DNA from: Octopus vulgaris
Taxonomy: Eukaryota
Assembly (NCBI GenBank): GCA_951406725.2
Contig: OX597815.1
Coordinates: forward strand, 16,430,001-16,494,000
Reading direction: 5' to 3'
Length of the DNA stretch: 64,000 nt
A program made the position numbers and the translations under genes. Of this stretch, positions 51,215-62,998 are shown in pieces. The notes beneath the pieces are model-generated. The model did no database searches and was not told the DNA's origin. It was given only the letters and a program-made list of their open reading frames with translations. Numbering within the stretch: the first letter of the stretch is position 1; the number at the start of each line of letters is the position of its first letter.

Positions 51215-51377
51215 ACGGGAAGCTTTATGAAAATAAACAAAAGACGAAGGCAGGTGGAGTACAAACAAACAATTGTATTAGTATGGCGCTCAGGAATATA
51301 AATAAAACAAGTCTTTTATGTTTCGAGCCTACGCTCTTCAACAGAAAGATACACAGAAAAGAAACACAGAAAGAAAC

Positions 51378-51380
<3 letters not shown>
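51215..51380 (-). mobile_element. Short pLTR-like element in (TA)n with minimal hammerhead (51313-51348)
   Basis: Minus strand: cttt-CTGTTGA-a-gagc gtag gctc-GAAA-ca-TA-aaag. Confidence 0.7.
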
Positions 51381-51418
<38 letters not shown>

Positions 51419-51517
51419 CAGCAAAACAAGATTCAAATGAATTCAAATGAATATGGAACTTAACTTAGATGCACCAGAATTCTTTATGGTATTAACCATA
51501 AAAATATGTGGGGTGAT

Positions 51518-51609
51518 TATAACCAAGAAAAAAGTAACAAGAATGGATCAGTAATTTAGTACAAAATTTGTACTAAATTACTGATCCATTCTTGTTACTT
51601 TTTTCTTGG

Positions 51610-51614
<5 letters not shown>
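51518..51614. repeat. Near-perfect about 97-bp palindrome abutting (TA)n
   Basis: TATAACCAAGAAAAAAGTAACAAGAATGGATCAGTAATTTAGTACAAA followed by its reverse complement. Confidence 0.92.
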
Positions 51615-51657
<43 letters not shown>

Positions 51658-51661
<4 letters not shown>

Positions 51662-51801
51662 CCTCTGTTTCTCTTTTTCTTTACTTTTTTCCATCGCACC
51701 GTCCTTCTCTCAACCCTCAAACTCCTTAAATACAGTATATATATATGTGTATCCATACATATATGTATATATATGCATGTGTATGTGTTTGTGTGTCTAT
51801 A

Positions 51802-51875
<74 letters not shown>

Positions 51876-52019
51876 TACACCTCTCTTTCTCTTTTTCTTT
51901 ACTTTTTTCCATCGCACCGTCCTTCTTTCAACCCTCAAACTCCTTAAATACAGTATATATATATGTGTATCCATACATATATGTATATATATGCATGTGT
52001 ATGTGTTTGTGTGTCTATA

Positions 52020-52081
<62 letters not shown>

Positions 52082-52230
52082 CACACCCTCTCTTTCTCTT
52101 TTTCTTTACTTTTTTCCATCGCACCGTCCTTCTCTCAACCCTCAAACTCCTTAAATACAGTATATATATATGTGTATCCATACATATATGTATATATATG
52201 CATGTGTATGTGTTTGTGTGTCTATATATG

Positions 52231-52284
<54 letters not shown>

Positions 52285-52300
52285 CATATACATATATTTA
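51658..52300 (+). repeat. Three tandem about 210-220-bp units, each ending in (TA)n
   Basis: Units start near 51658, 51878 and 52084; degenerate relatives extend to about 52590. Confidence 0.9.
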
Positions 52301-52639
52301 CATATACATATATATGCATATATATAGATACACTCTCTGTCTTCTTTATTTTTTCACTTCTCTCTAACACACAGTCTTTCTTCTCTCAGACCCTCAACCT
52401 CTATTATGAATACATACTCTCTCTCTGTCACACCGTCTTCTCTCAACTTCTCAATCTTCCTAAATATATAGACACAAACACACACACACTCTCTCTCTCT
52501 CTTTCTCTCTTCTATCAGCCTCTCAATCACTCTAAATATATAGACACACTTTCTTTATTTCTTCACTACCCTCCATCACACCGTTAAATTTTTTAAAATA
52601 AATAGATAAATAAATAAATAAAATATTCATAAAAAATGT

Positions 52640-54195
52640 CCAGAAACTGGAGGAGCATGGAATTGGCATTGTTTGTGAGAGCCTAGTACTGTGCTGATGG
52701 AGATTACCCAAACAATATAATCAAAGCTGCGCTGAAGAGCAATGATTGCACCAGAACTTTAGCATAGATAGAACGAAAGAAGCAGGAGTTTACACGCTTC
52801 TACGCTCTCCTATGATCCCACATCAGTACTCTTGATGCCATCTTTGATAATGAACACAGCAAAGATGACAAGGATGGAGGCACGGATGTAGATGAAACAT
52901 GTCACCTCTACTTGGTAGACACTCAAGAAAACAAAGAAGATTTAAGCGAGAAACCTGCTCGGAAAGTAAATCCAAGTGCAAGTTCCCCTACCACCTACAA
53001 AGCGAAAAACCAGGGAGGTGGAAGAGCCAAGAAAGAACAACTAAAAGGGGCAAAAACTAAAACAAAAACAAAAGATGAAACAGCCAAAGAAAGAAGCAAA
53101 CCTGACTATACATATAACAAAAAGGATAAAAAGAGACAGCACACACGAATGTGCAAATTCTACTTGAAATGTGTCTGCTGGCATGGAGAGGGAGGTGCCA
53201 GCTGCCGTTTTGCACACCAAAGACCCCTGCCACATGAAACATGAAACATGAAACAGGGCGGAAACCACCTGCCAAAAGGAAAGAACTACGCACCACCTGC
53301 CCCAAAACGGAGGTACGCAGATTTAGTGCGTGCTACAAACCAGACTTATCAACATGTTATTGAAAGGGCAGCAGCTGAACAACAATCTTTTTAGTGCATA
53401 GCACAAAAGATTGTACAGCAGCTAACCTGGCTACATCAATCTCACAGATGGGACTATCCCCAATACACAAGACCACCACAGCAAATAGACCCAAAATGGG
53501 CACCACTGACAACAACACACGCATCACATCGGTGCTCTTACTGAACATCAGAGGACTGTTGACACTTAGTAACAGGACGAAAATTCCTTTCTTGAGAGAC
53601 CTTGTTGCATGCAATCAAGCCTATGAATAGCACTTACGAAAACGCACCTGAAACCGGATATAGCAAATGCAGAAATACACATACCATAGTATGTTGTATT
53701 ACGAACCGACGGGAAAGAAAGGAGTCATGGTGAAGTTGCTATGTACATCCGCGAAGACCTCGCACCCCAAGTCCTTTTGTCACATTCAAATTCAGCATGT
53801 GACACACTAATTGTACATATAAGACAAGTCGGTGTAGTTATATGTGCCACATATCGCCCTCCAGATGCTCCGAATCATGTAGGCAAGTTTGAAGACTGCC
53901 TTACAAAAATAGAAGTTCTAGTTACATTAGAACAACACATAAGTGTACTTCTTATGGGAGACTTCAATCTGCCATATGTCAGATGGCCTGAGAGCCTTTC
54001 TCTCCCAGGAATGGCGAAATGCGAACAAGGACAGGTGAAGTCCCTCCTGAACCTCATCAACACTTTGTACATGGAACAAATAGTACTCCAACCAACCAGG
54101 GCAGGTAATATACAGGATCTCTGCTTCACAAATAATATGGATCTCATCCATAATGTGAAAGTGACACCGACGCTACTCTCAGATCACATTTCCAC
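52640..54195 (+). mobile_element. CR1/L2-like LINE 5' part: ORF1 remnant with CCCH finger and apurinic-like endonuclease (53531-54190)
   Basis: CKFYLKCVCWHGEGGASCRFAH; LLNIRGL, ICATYRPPD, LLMGDFNLP, PTRAGNIQDLCFTN, SDH; in-frame stops. Confidence 0.85.
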
Positions 54196-55003
54196 ATGTA
54201 GTTTCTATTTGCTTTTTGTAACATAGTTCTATTATATATGTGTATGTGTGTGTGTATGTGTGTGTGTGTGCATGCATATATGCATGTATGTATGTATGTA
54301 TGTATGTATGTATGTATGTATGTATGTATGTATGTATGTATGTATGTATGTATGCATGTATGCTAACTTTGTTCATGGTTATTTATTTATTTTACAATCG
54401 AAGTGAAGCGTGGGACAAAAAGGGTTAAGAAACACTATTAAATTAAAGAGTAAATTGCTGTGTGCTCCACTGACACTTGCATCCTTAACGCAATTTCCAG
54501 TCCGATTCAGCATGACACAGTATAACACGACTGGACCTTTGATTTATAGATACAATCCACCCGATGGAATTAACACGGTTTCACTCACAAGGCTTAGATC
54601 GACCCGGGTGCAATGGATAAAAGACATTTGTCCAATATGGCACATTGTAAGATCGAACTCAGAACCTCATTACTGCGAAGTGAACTGTCATTTGTAACCA
54701 TTCACTTATACATCATTGTTAGTAGATAAAAGCAAAGGAACTGACAGAATCGTTAGAGCGTCGAACAAAATGCTGTTATATTTGATTCCGGCTCCTTACA
54801 TTCTGAGCTCAAATCGCATCGCGATCAACTTTGCCTATCAGCCTTCGGAGATTAGTAATGTATCAGTCATACGTTGAAGGTTGATTTAATCAACTGATAT
54901 GGCCCCCATCCCAAATTTGTGGTCGTGGGCTTACGTTAGAAATCATTAGAGTCAGAAGATAAACTCAGCAAATGTATTTTAAATATATATATATATATAT
55001 ATG

Positions 55004-55387
55004 TGGACGCGCAATGGCCCAGTGGTTAGGGCAGCGGACTCGCGGTCGAAGGATCGCAGTTTCGATTCCCAGACCGGGCGTTGTGAGTGTTTATTGAGCG
55101 AAAACACCTAAAGCTCCACGAGGCTCCGGCAGGGGATGGTGGTGATCCCTGCTGTACTCTTTCACCACAACTTTCTCTCACTCTTACTTCCTGTTTCTGT
55201 TGTACCTGTATTTCAAAGGGCCGGCCTTGTCACTCTCTGTGTCACGCTGAATATCCCCGAGAACTACGTTAAGGGTGCACGTGTCTGTGGAGTGCTCAGC
55301 CACTTACACGTTAATTTCATGACGAGCAGGCTGTTCCGTTGATCGGATCAACCGGAACCCTCGTCGTCGGAACCGACGGAGTGCTTC
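55004..55387 (+). mobile_element. SINE family C, full length
   Basis: Highly similar to 27294-27670; TSD ATTTTAAATAT. Confidence 0.9.
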
Positions 55388-55892
55388 ATTTTAAATATGT
55401 AAGGAAATCTGTGTATGAGAAATACAGTCAGCCAAGAAGAGCACGAATGGGACTAATTAAATCTTGAGTTAAATCAACTTTCACGATACTTAAGTAAATT
55501 GTTATCATTCCCATTGTCAACTAACTTGTTTGTTGAAGGGGGGGGGGGAAGAGATTCTTTTCTGGTGTGGGGGCGGGGTAGAAAAGAGTCTTTATTGAAA
55601 CCGATGGGAAGCTGCATATGGTCGAGTTTTCTTATTAGCTTTTTTAAAAACAAACACCATTTCGACCAGCATGTGTTTAAAAAAACCTACATATTGCAGT
55701 GGTAAGTCAAATAATCATATCGTTTATAGTCGATCGAACGTTAATTACATTTTTGTCGTTACTTTGCTCCTCTTAATCAGTATTGATATCATTGCTGTTG
55801 CTGCTGTTGTTGTTGTTGTTGCTGTTGTCAATGTTTATTTTGCGTCTCTTCTTCACTTGCAATTGAATATTAATATCTTTATATCTTTTATA

Positions 55893-56290
55893 TCTTTTAC
55901 TTGTTTCAGTCATTTGACTGCGGCCATGCTGGAGCACCGCCTTTAGTCGAGCAAATCGACCCCGGGACTTATTCTTTGTAAGCCCAGTACTTATTCTATC
56001 GGTCTCTTTTGCCGAACCGCTAAGTGACGGGGACGTAAACACACCAGCATCGGTTGTCAAGCAATGCTAGGGGGACAAACACAGACACACAAACACATAC
56101 ACACACACATGTATATATATATATACATATATACGACAGGCTTCTTTCAGTTTCCGTCTACCAAATCCACTCACAAGGCATTGGTCGGCCCGGGGCTATA
56201 GCAGAAGACACTTGCCCAAGATGCCACGCAGTGGGACTGAACCCGGAGCCATGTGGTTGGTTAGCAAGCTACTTACCACACAGCCACTCT
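55893..56290 (-). mobile_element. SINE family B
   Basis: Reverse complement of 41580-42010. Confidence 0.9.
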
Positions 56291-57099
56291 TCAAGTATTT
56301 TGTTTCCTTACACAGAATAGACAACGATATCTGCAAACATAAATCTTGAATATTTCCACACACATTTTATCACAAATCTAACAAACGCTGGAATTAGTCT
56401 TTGTTTTTTTTTTAAAAAAAACAATATTTGTTGTTTTAGGTGTTTGTTTCGTTTTTTTGTTTCAATTTGCTGCTAATGGTGGTGTGGAGACAAGAGTTTT
56501 ATTATAGTTAGCTCTAGTCAGGAGTAGACTGAGATGAGCGCTTTTATGTTTAGGCCGCCTTCCTAGCAAACTAATGTCATGTTGTCAAGATAAATCTACC
56601 CGATGCACCCTCCTATCTACTTCACACTCTCTCTCTACTCTATATCGCCCACACACTTATTTGCCTATTGTTTCCTTCTTCAGAATTGCAATTCTCTGAA
56701 ATACATCTTCTGCACACGCTATTGATATTTAGCCCCAGGTCAGCCTTGATCCAGCAATTAGTGTGTCACATACTTGATCAAATGATCAAACACGTTCCAG
56801 TCGCATCATTCCTAATGGATTTCTGAGAAATGTGTCTATTATGTCTCATATGCTGAGTGTCCACAGTAGTCTTTCTTGTTGACTCGTCAAACCCATATTT
56901 TCCCAATTGATATCAGTGGTGTAATTTGAGTGTGTTTCACCCGAAGAAGCCTTCGAGTTTGTCGTCTATTCTGGTCACCAATGCATATACAGGCTTATGC
57001 AGCAGACCCAAAAGTGACCCCCTCTCCCCCATAAAAGTGTCATTCAGGGACGGACCGCCCATCTATTAGCTACCGTAATAATTGACGTCAACATTTAGA

Positions 57100-57500
57100 T
57101 GTCTATACAAAAATCAACTGCATCATCCTTACCATAAACCCAAGTACACTCGTCAACAACATTGAAACCGCCAGTAAAAAATGCGGAAGACCTAACTGTG
57201 GTATACGCATCGACCTAACTGAGGGATCGGAGTTCTCCTTTAAAAAGGGTCAACGTTTTACAGTGAAAAACAACTTCACATGTGCTTCGATTAACCTAAT
57301 ATATGTGTTAACTTGCTCAGGGTATCGATAGCAATACATAAGTCAAACCAAAAACAGTCTACGCCAGAGGATGACCGCACATAGATCCCAGATTAAAATT
57401 CGGGAATACAGAAAAACAGCATTAAGCGAACACATCGACATTTGTGCTATTAACGAACAACCCAACTTCAGAATTTTTCCCCTCTATAAATTCATAGACA
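57100..57500 (+). mobile_element. Penelope-like GIY-YIG endonuclease remnant
   Basis: KCGRPNCG...FTCASINLIYVLTCSGYR*QYISQTKNSLRQRMTAHRSQI...LSEHIDICA...FRIFPLYK. Confidence 0.85.
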
Positions 57501-57693
57501 ATGCAACTGTAGTGAATCCTGCATGCATGAAGTGAATTCGATCCACCATAGCCAAATTTAGATTAACACTGCTACAGAACTTTTCCCACGATGGAACAAG
57601 GGTCTTTCTCTGACAGTAGTTTTTACATTTTCCAGATGCCTTTAGCTAGTCCGAAATAATGTCTTCACATTTTCTACCTGGTCTTATTCTCCT

Positions 57694-57745
<52 letters not shown>

Positions 57746-57810
57746 CATATATATATATACATATATATATATAAGGAGAATATATATATATATACATATA
57801 TATATAAGGA

Positions 57811-57859
<49 letters not shown>

Positions 57860-57921
57860 TATATAAGGATAATATATATATACATACATACATACATACA
57901 TACATACATACATACATACAT

Positions 57922-57984
<63 letters not shown>

Positions 57985-58273
57985 AAGAGAAGAGAAACAT
58001 TGAATTGATTGTTGGGTAGTGGTGAATATTCTGGAAAATATCGACAAAGTATTGATCCTAAAAGAAATCTGAGACATGGTAATATCAAATTAACAATGGT
58101 TACAAGGCAACTGTCTGTTGACTGTTGGTAATTTTCCAATATCACTGCGTGATTTCAGAGGGAAACACGACAAATTACTTAAGAGCTTTAACATAGCAGT
58201 ATTGTTTATTTGTAAGCTTTCGCGTCAGTACTTCTTTTTTTATTTTTTTGTCTTTCCCTCTTTAACATGCACG

Positions 58274-58349
<76 letters not shown>

Positions 58350-58582
58350 ACTTCTTCACCAGTCGTTATTACTTGGCGTCTTTAAGTGTTAAGGCTTTAA
58401 ATTTTTCCTCTTCTTAATTCGAGCAAACAAACTTTTCTCCTGTATTTTGATCTTTTCGCTCACAAAAATAGAAGACATAAGCAATAGTTAGTTGTTGATT
58501 TTAGACGAGTCAACCAACATTTTACGTAAAACGCATTTATATATATATGTTAGGTATTGCAATAAATGACAAAAAAAAAAGT

Positions 58583-59470
58583 GGATCTTTACTTTCTGAC
58601 GGACAGATTTTTTTAATAATTTTTTGTAACTAAACACTTTCAAATTAAATTAGATGTTTTTTTTTTAATATTTCCATAGTCTTCAAATAGGTAAGACATT
58701 TTCCTTTTCTCAATCTCTCTCTCTCTCTCTTTTACTTTTGTGATGGCTCGCTAGGTAGTAGCAGGTCTGAAAGAATAGTTAATAAGGGTGCAGAGGAATG
58801 TTTTATATGGTAGAATGTGTCGTATAAAACATCTTTTACTCTTAGCATTTTTGAGAATAAATTATATTTACGAAGTTATTTCACGTTAAAATAGTCCTAT
58901 TTCGGCAATTTCAACCAATCAATGACGTGTATTCAGCTGAATAAAATTACTGCTGTTGTTTGTCAACAACTATCGGCGGTGTATTTTTCGTTTGTCACTG
59001 TTATTTATGACATCGTTCGTGCGTTTGTACTGGTTTTAGCTTTAAGGTTTTAGGGTTAGGGTTAGGGCTTTAGGGTTAGGGTTAAGGTTTTAGGGTTAGG
59101 GTTAGGGTTTTAGGGTTAGGGTTAGGATTTTAGGGTTAGGGTTTTAGGGTTAGGGTTAGGGTTTTAGGGTTAGGGTTAGGGTTTTAGGGTTGTCATAAAT
59201 AACAGTGACAAACGAAATATACACCGCCAGAAATTCTTGTTGACAAACAACGGTAGTAATTTTATTCAGCTGAATACACGTCATTGATTGGTTGAAATTA
59301 CCGAAATAAGACAACTTTAACGTGAAATAACTTCGTAAATATAAGTTTTTTTCAAAAATGCTAAGAGTAAAAGTTGTTTTATATGACACATTCTACCAGT
59401 GTCCGAAGTTTGAAAGTGCTTAGTTACAAAAAATCATTTTTTGAATCTGTCGGTCAAAAAGTAAAGATCC
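58583..59470. mobile_element. Long fold-back GGATC-type MITE with a central telomere-like array
   Basis: TIRs GGATCTTTACTTT / AAAGTAAAGATCC; 8-bp TSD aaaa(a/t)agt; long inverted arms. Confidence 0.85.
59047..59191 (+). repeat. Interstitial telomere-like (TTAGGG/TTTTAGGG)n array
   Basis: Read directly from the sequence; lies inside the MITE. Confidence 0.95.
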
Positions 59471-59569
59471 AAAATAGTACCCTGTTACAAAAACTACTAC
59501 TGAAGTTTTTGTGTCAAGTCGTGAAAAAGTTCTTGAGCCATGTGAGAATTAATATTCTTTCTAATTTTA

Positions 59570-60150
59570 AAACAATATCTACAATTTTTGAGGGGCGGGG
59601 CAAGTGGATTACATCGAGACAATATTTAACTGATACTTCATTTTAATCGACCCCGAAAGTATAAAAGGCAAAGTCGACCTCGGCGGAATTTGAACTCAGA
59701 ACGTAAAAAGTCAGATGAAACGCCGCTAAGCATCCCGTCCGACGTGCTTAATGATTCTACCAGCTCGTCAACTGAAGTGAGAATTAATGCTAAAAACCGT
59801 TTTGCTCTTATTTGAAACTTCTGTTTCTACATGTTAAGACAATCCAAACTTGATCCTCATAACGGTCTGCCATTTTTTGTTTAGTATAGTAATTCCATGC
59901 AGCTGAATAATTGCTCTTTATTATTGGCTATCTTTTTTACTTGTTTCAGTCATGTGATTGTGGCCATGCTGGAGCACCGCCTTTAGTCGAGCAAATCGAC
60001 CCCAGGACTTATTCTTTGTAAGCCTAGTACTTATTCTATCGGTCTGTTTTGCCGAACCGCTAAGTTACGGGGACGTAAACACACCAGCATCGGTTGTCAA
60101 GCGATGTTGGGGGGGGGGGACAAACACAGACACACAAACACACATACACA

Positions 60151-60208
<58 letters not shown>

Positions 60209-60617
60209 GAGGGGACAAACAAGGACAAACAAACGGATTAAGTCGATTATATCGACCCCAGTACGTAACTGGTACTTATTTAATCAACGGTGGGCTGGCC
60301 TAAACGGTAGCGCGCCGGGCGAAATGCGTAACCGTATTTCGTCTGAGTTCAAATTCCGCCGAGGTCGACTTTGCCTTTCATCCCTTCGGGGTCGATAAAT
60401 TAAGTACCAGTTACGCACTGGGGTCGATGTAATCGACTTAATCCGCTTGTCTGTCCTTGATTGTCCCCTCTGTGTTTAGCCCCTTGTGGGTAGTAAAGAA
60501 ATAACTACTTATTTAATCGACCCTGAAAGGATGAAAGGCAAAGTCGACCTCTGCGGAATTTGAACTCAGAACGTAGCGGCAGACGAAATACCGCTAAGCA
60601 TTTCGCCCGGCGTGCAA
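59570..60617. mobile_element. SINE cluster: A (-) 59570-59770, B (-) 59935-60205, and A (-) 60205-60617 interrupted by A (+) about 60286-60505
   Basis: Homology to families A and B; inner TSD TACTTATTTAATC. Confidence 0.85.
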
Positions 60618-60988
60618 ACTAATAAATATTATGACGTTGGCTCTACTCCTTCAATTTTAACCTTTTGAATCCGAGATTACACTTTTAACGTACTCGTGCG
60701 ATTTCATATTCCTATACTCCTGTATTTCGTATGATTTCTTATTACTATATTCCTGGAAGACGCAAAAGTAGGCGGCCACGTGAATTTGTGTTTACGGCTC
60801 TCTATTTGACCGAAATATTTTCGATATTTTCAGTCGCAAACACAGACCTATGTGAATGCCCGCGTTTGCGTCTTTCAGGGATATAGTCAAGCTAAATTAC
60901 GCTCGCTAAATTACGTACTCGCGGGTTCAAATTGCTAAGATTAAAAATGGAACTTGAATGATAAAACAGTTGCTACAATGATTTTACT

Positions 60989-61137
60989 CACTAGCGTAGC
61001 TAGGTGGGGGCGGTAGGAGCGGTGCACCCCGGGCGGCACTTTTCGGTCTCCTGTATGCAATATGTGCTTTTTATGGGGTCCGGGGGCAGCAAACGGAAGG
61101 GCCACCCCAGACGGCACACACTCAAGCTACGCTATTG
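60989..61137. mobile_element. hAT-like MITE
   Basis: TIRs CACTAGCGTAGCT / AGCTACGCTATTG; perfect 8-bp TSD ATTTTACT. Confidence 0.85.
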
Positions 61138-61195
61138 ATTTTACTCCTTGCGAAGCCATACTGATATACAATTCAAGTATATATAAAGATAAAAA

Positions 61196-61365
61196 ATACC
61201 TATTTCTTTACTACCCACAAGGGGCTAAACACAGAGGGGACAAACAAGGACAGACAAAGGGATAAAGTCGATTACATCGACCCCAGTGCGTAACTGGTAC
61301 TTAATTTATCGACCCCGAAAGGATGAAAGGCAAAGTCGACCTCGGCTGAATTTGAACTCAGAACT
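61196..61365 (-). mobile_element. SINE family A body, 5'-truncated
   Basis: Highly similar to 41067-41297. Confidence 0.85.
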
Positions 61366-62090
61366 CAGAAAATATATTAGTGAAGCGGAGTGTGTATTGA
61401 TGCATTAAAATCTTAATTTGTATTGTTAAGAATCTTACTGAATATCGTGCTCACGGACAGTCTGTGTGCGTATGGGCATGTGTGTACTTGCGCACGCGTG
61501 TATATGTATGTGTAAAATTTCCAAGTAATATCATGGCCTATTTTCTAACACAATCAGATATTTTTGAAAATTTTATACTACTTTTTACAAGCGACACCAC
61601 AACCCAATAATAAAAAACTAAATTAGATATTTAAATCTAATTCTAAAATTACCTAATTTCTTCTCTGTATAGCGTGAAAATCTTGCCGACATATTCAAAA
61701 CTACAACAAATTGAAAAGTTGGGCACAGCGAGAAATTCACATAACTATACAAACAGTTTCGTTCTTAGAAAGCAGTCGAACAGCTAACAAATATAGCTTA
61801 GAGTAAACATTTTCTAAATTGACTGACTGTAAAGAGACCTCGTGCCATTCATAAAGACTTGTGAATGGCGTGAGGTTAAGATAAGTTATTAAACAGGGAA
61901 TAAATAGAATTATATTTTAGCATTGCTACAAATACAGTTTCAGGTTAGTCTCTTGAATACACATTCAGTTATGGAATGTTTTTCTTCTTCTTTGCTTTAA
62001 CTAGGCGTTTTGCCACGATACAACAAGTCTGCTCGCACGTAAAGAATATCATTTATATACGACTCGATATTCATTGAATTATGCTTATAG

Positions 62091-62507
62091 GGATCTTTTC
62101 GGTTTGACCGGCAGTTTTTTAAAATAATTTCTACGTAACTAAACACTTTTAAACTTCGTATACTGGTAGAATGTGTTTATAAAACATCTTTTTCTCTTGG
62201 CTTTATTGAGAAAATTCTATAGTTTGTAAGATATTTGTTGTTGTTTTTTCTTCAATTTCTGCAATTTCAACCAATCAATGACGTCTATTGAGGGAAAACA
62301 TTCTGTTCCGTATGAATATGTTCCTCGTTTAAGAAACAGATTGGGTTTATTTACATTTCTGAAGAAAAAAAGATACCCTTCCCCCCACCCCTAACTCTAA
62401 CCCTAAAACAGATTGAAATGCAATAGATCGATACTAGGGTTATAATTATGGGGGACAATTTCATATGACACCGCTAGAAAAAACTGCCGTTCAAACCGAA
62501 AAGATCC
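62091..62507. mobile_element. GGATC-type MITE
   Basis: About 28-bp TIRs; 9-bp TSD TGCTTATAG; reverse-oriented sister of 38622-39060 with CCCTAA repeats. Confidence 0.9.
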
Positions 62508-62637
62508 TGCTTATAGACTTGAGAAGTCTTACTTTTAGCGGAAGTGAGGTCGGTGATATTCGGTAATTTCATGTAAACAAATCTATGTAAGCCAACATAC
62601 ATATCTACATACATTTTATATAACATGAAAATCATTC

Positions 62638-62998
62638 GGATCTTTTCACTTTGACCGGCAGATTTTTAAAATAATTTCTTTGTAACTAAACACTTTTAAA
62701 CTTCGTATACTGGTAGTGTGTTACATAAAACATCTTCTTCTCTTGGCTTTCTTGAGAAAATTCTCTAGTTTGTAAGTTATTTGTTGTTTAATTTCTTGCA
62801 TTTCGGTAATTTCAACCAATCAATGACGTCTATTGAGGTGAATACAATATCTGACGTATTTTGTCAACATTTTCATTGATTGGTTGAAATTGCCGAAATG
62901 CAAGAAATTAAACAACAAATAGCTTACAAACAACAGAATTTTCTCAAGAAAGCCAAAGAAATTATTTTTAAAATCTGCCGGTCAAAGTGAAAAGATCC
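62638..62998. mobile_element. GGATC-type fold-back MITE
   Basis: TIR GGATCTTTTCACTTTGACCGGCAGATTTT; 8-bp TSD AATCATTC. Confidence 0.9.

Noticed and set aside
51606-52587. ORFs up to 280 aa with YI repeats
   Set aside because: They come from (TA)n tracts and tandem repeat units; the same applies to all YIYI, HTHT and MYVC ORFs.
59047-59191. True telomere or chromosome fusion site
   Set aside because: The array is short, single-orientation and enclosed by MITE TIRs and a TSD.
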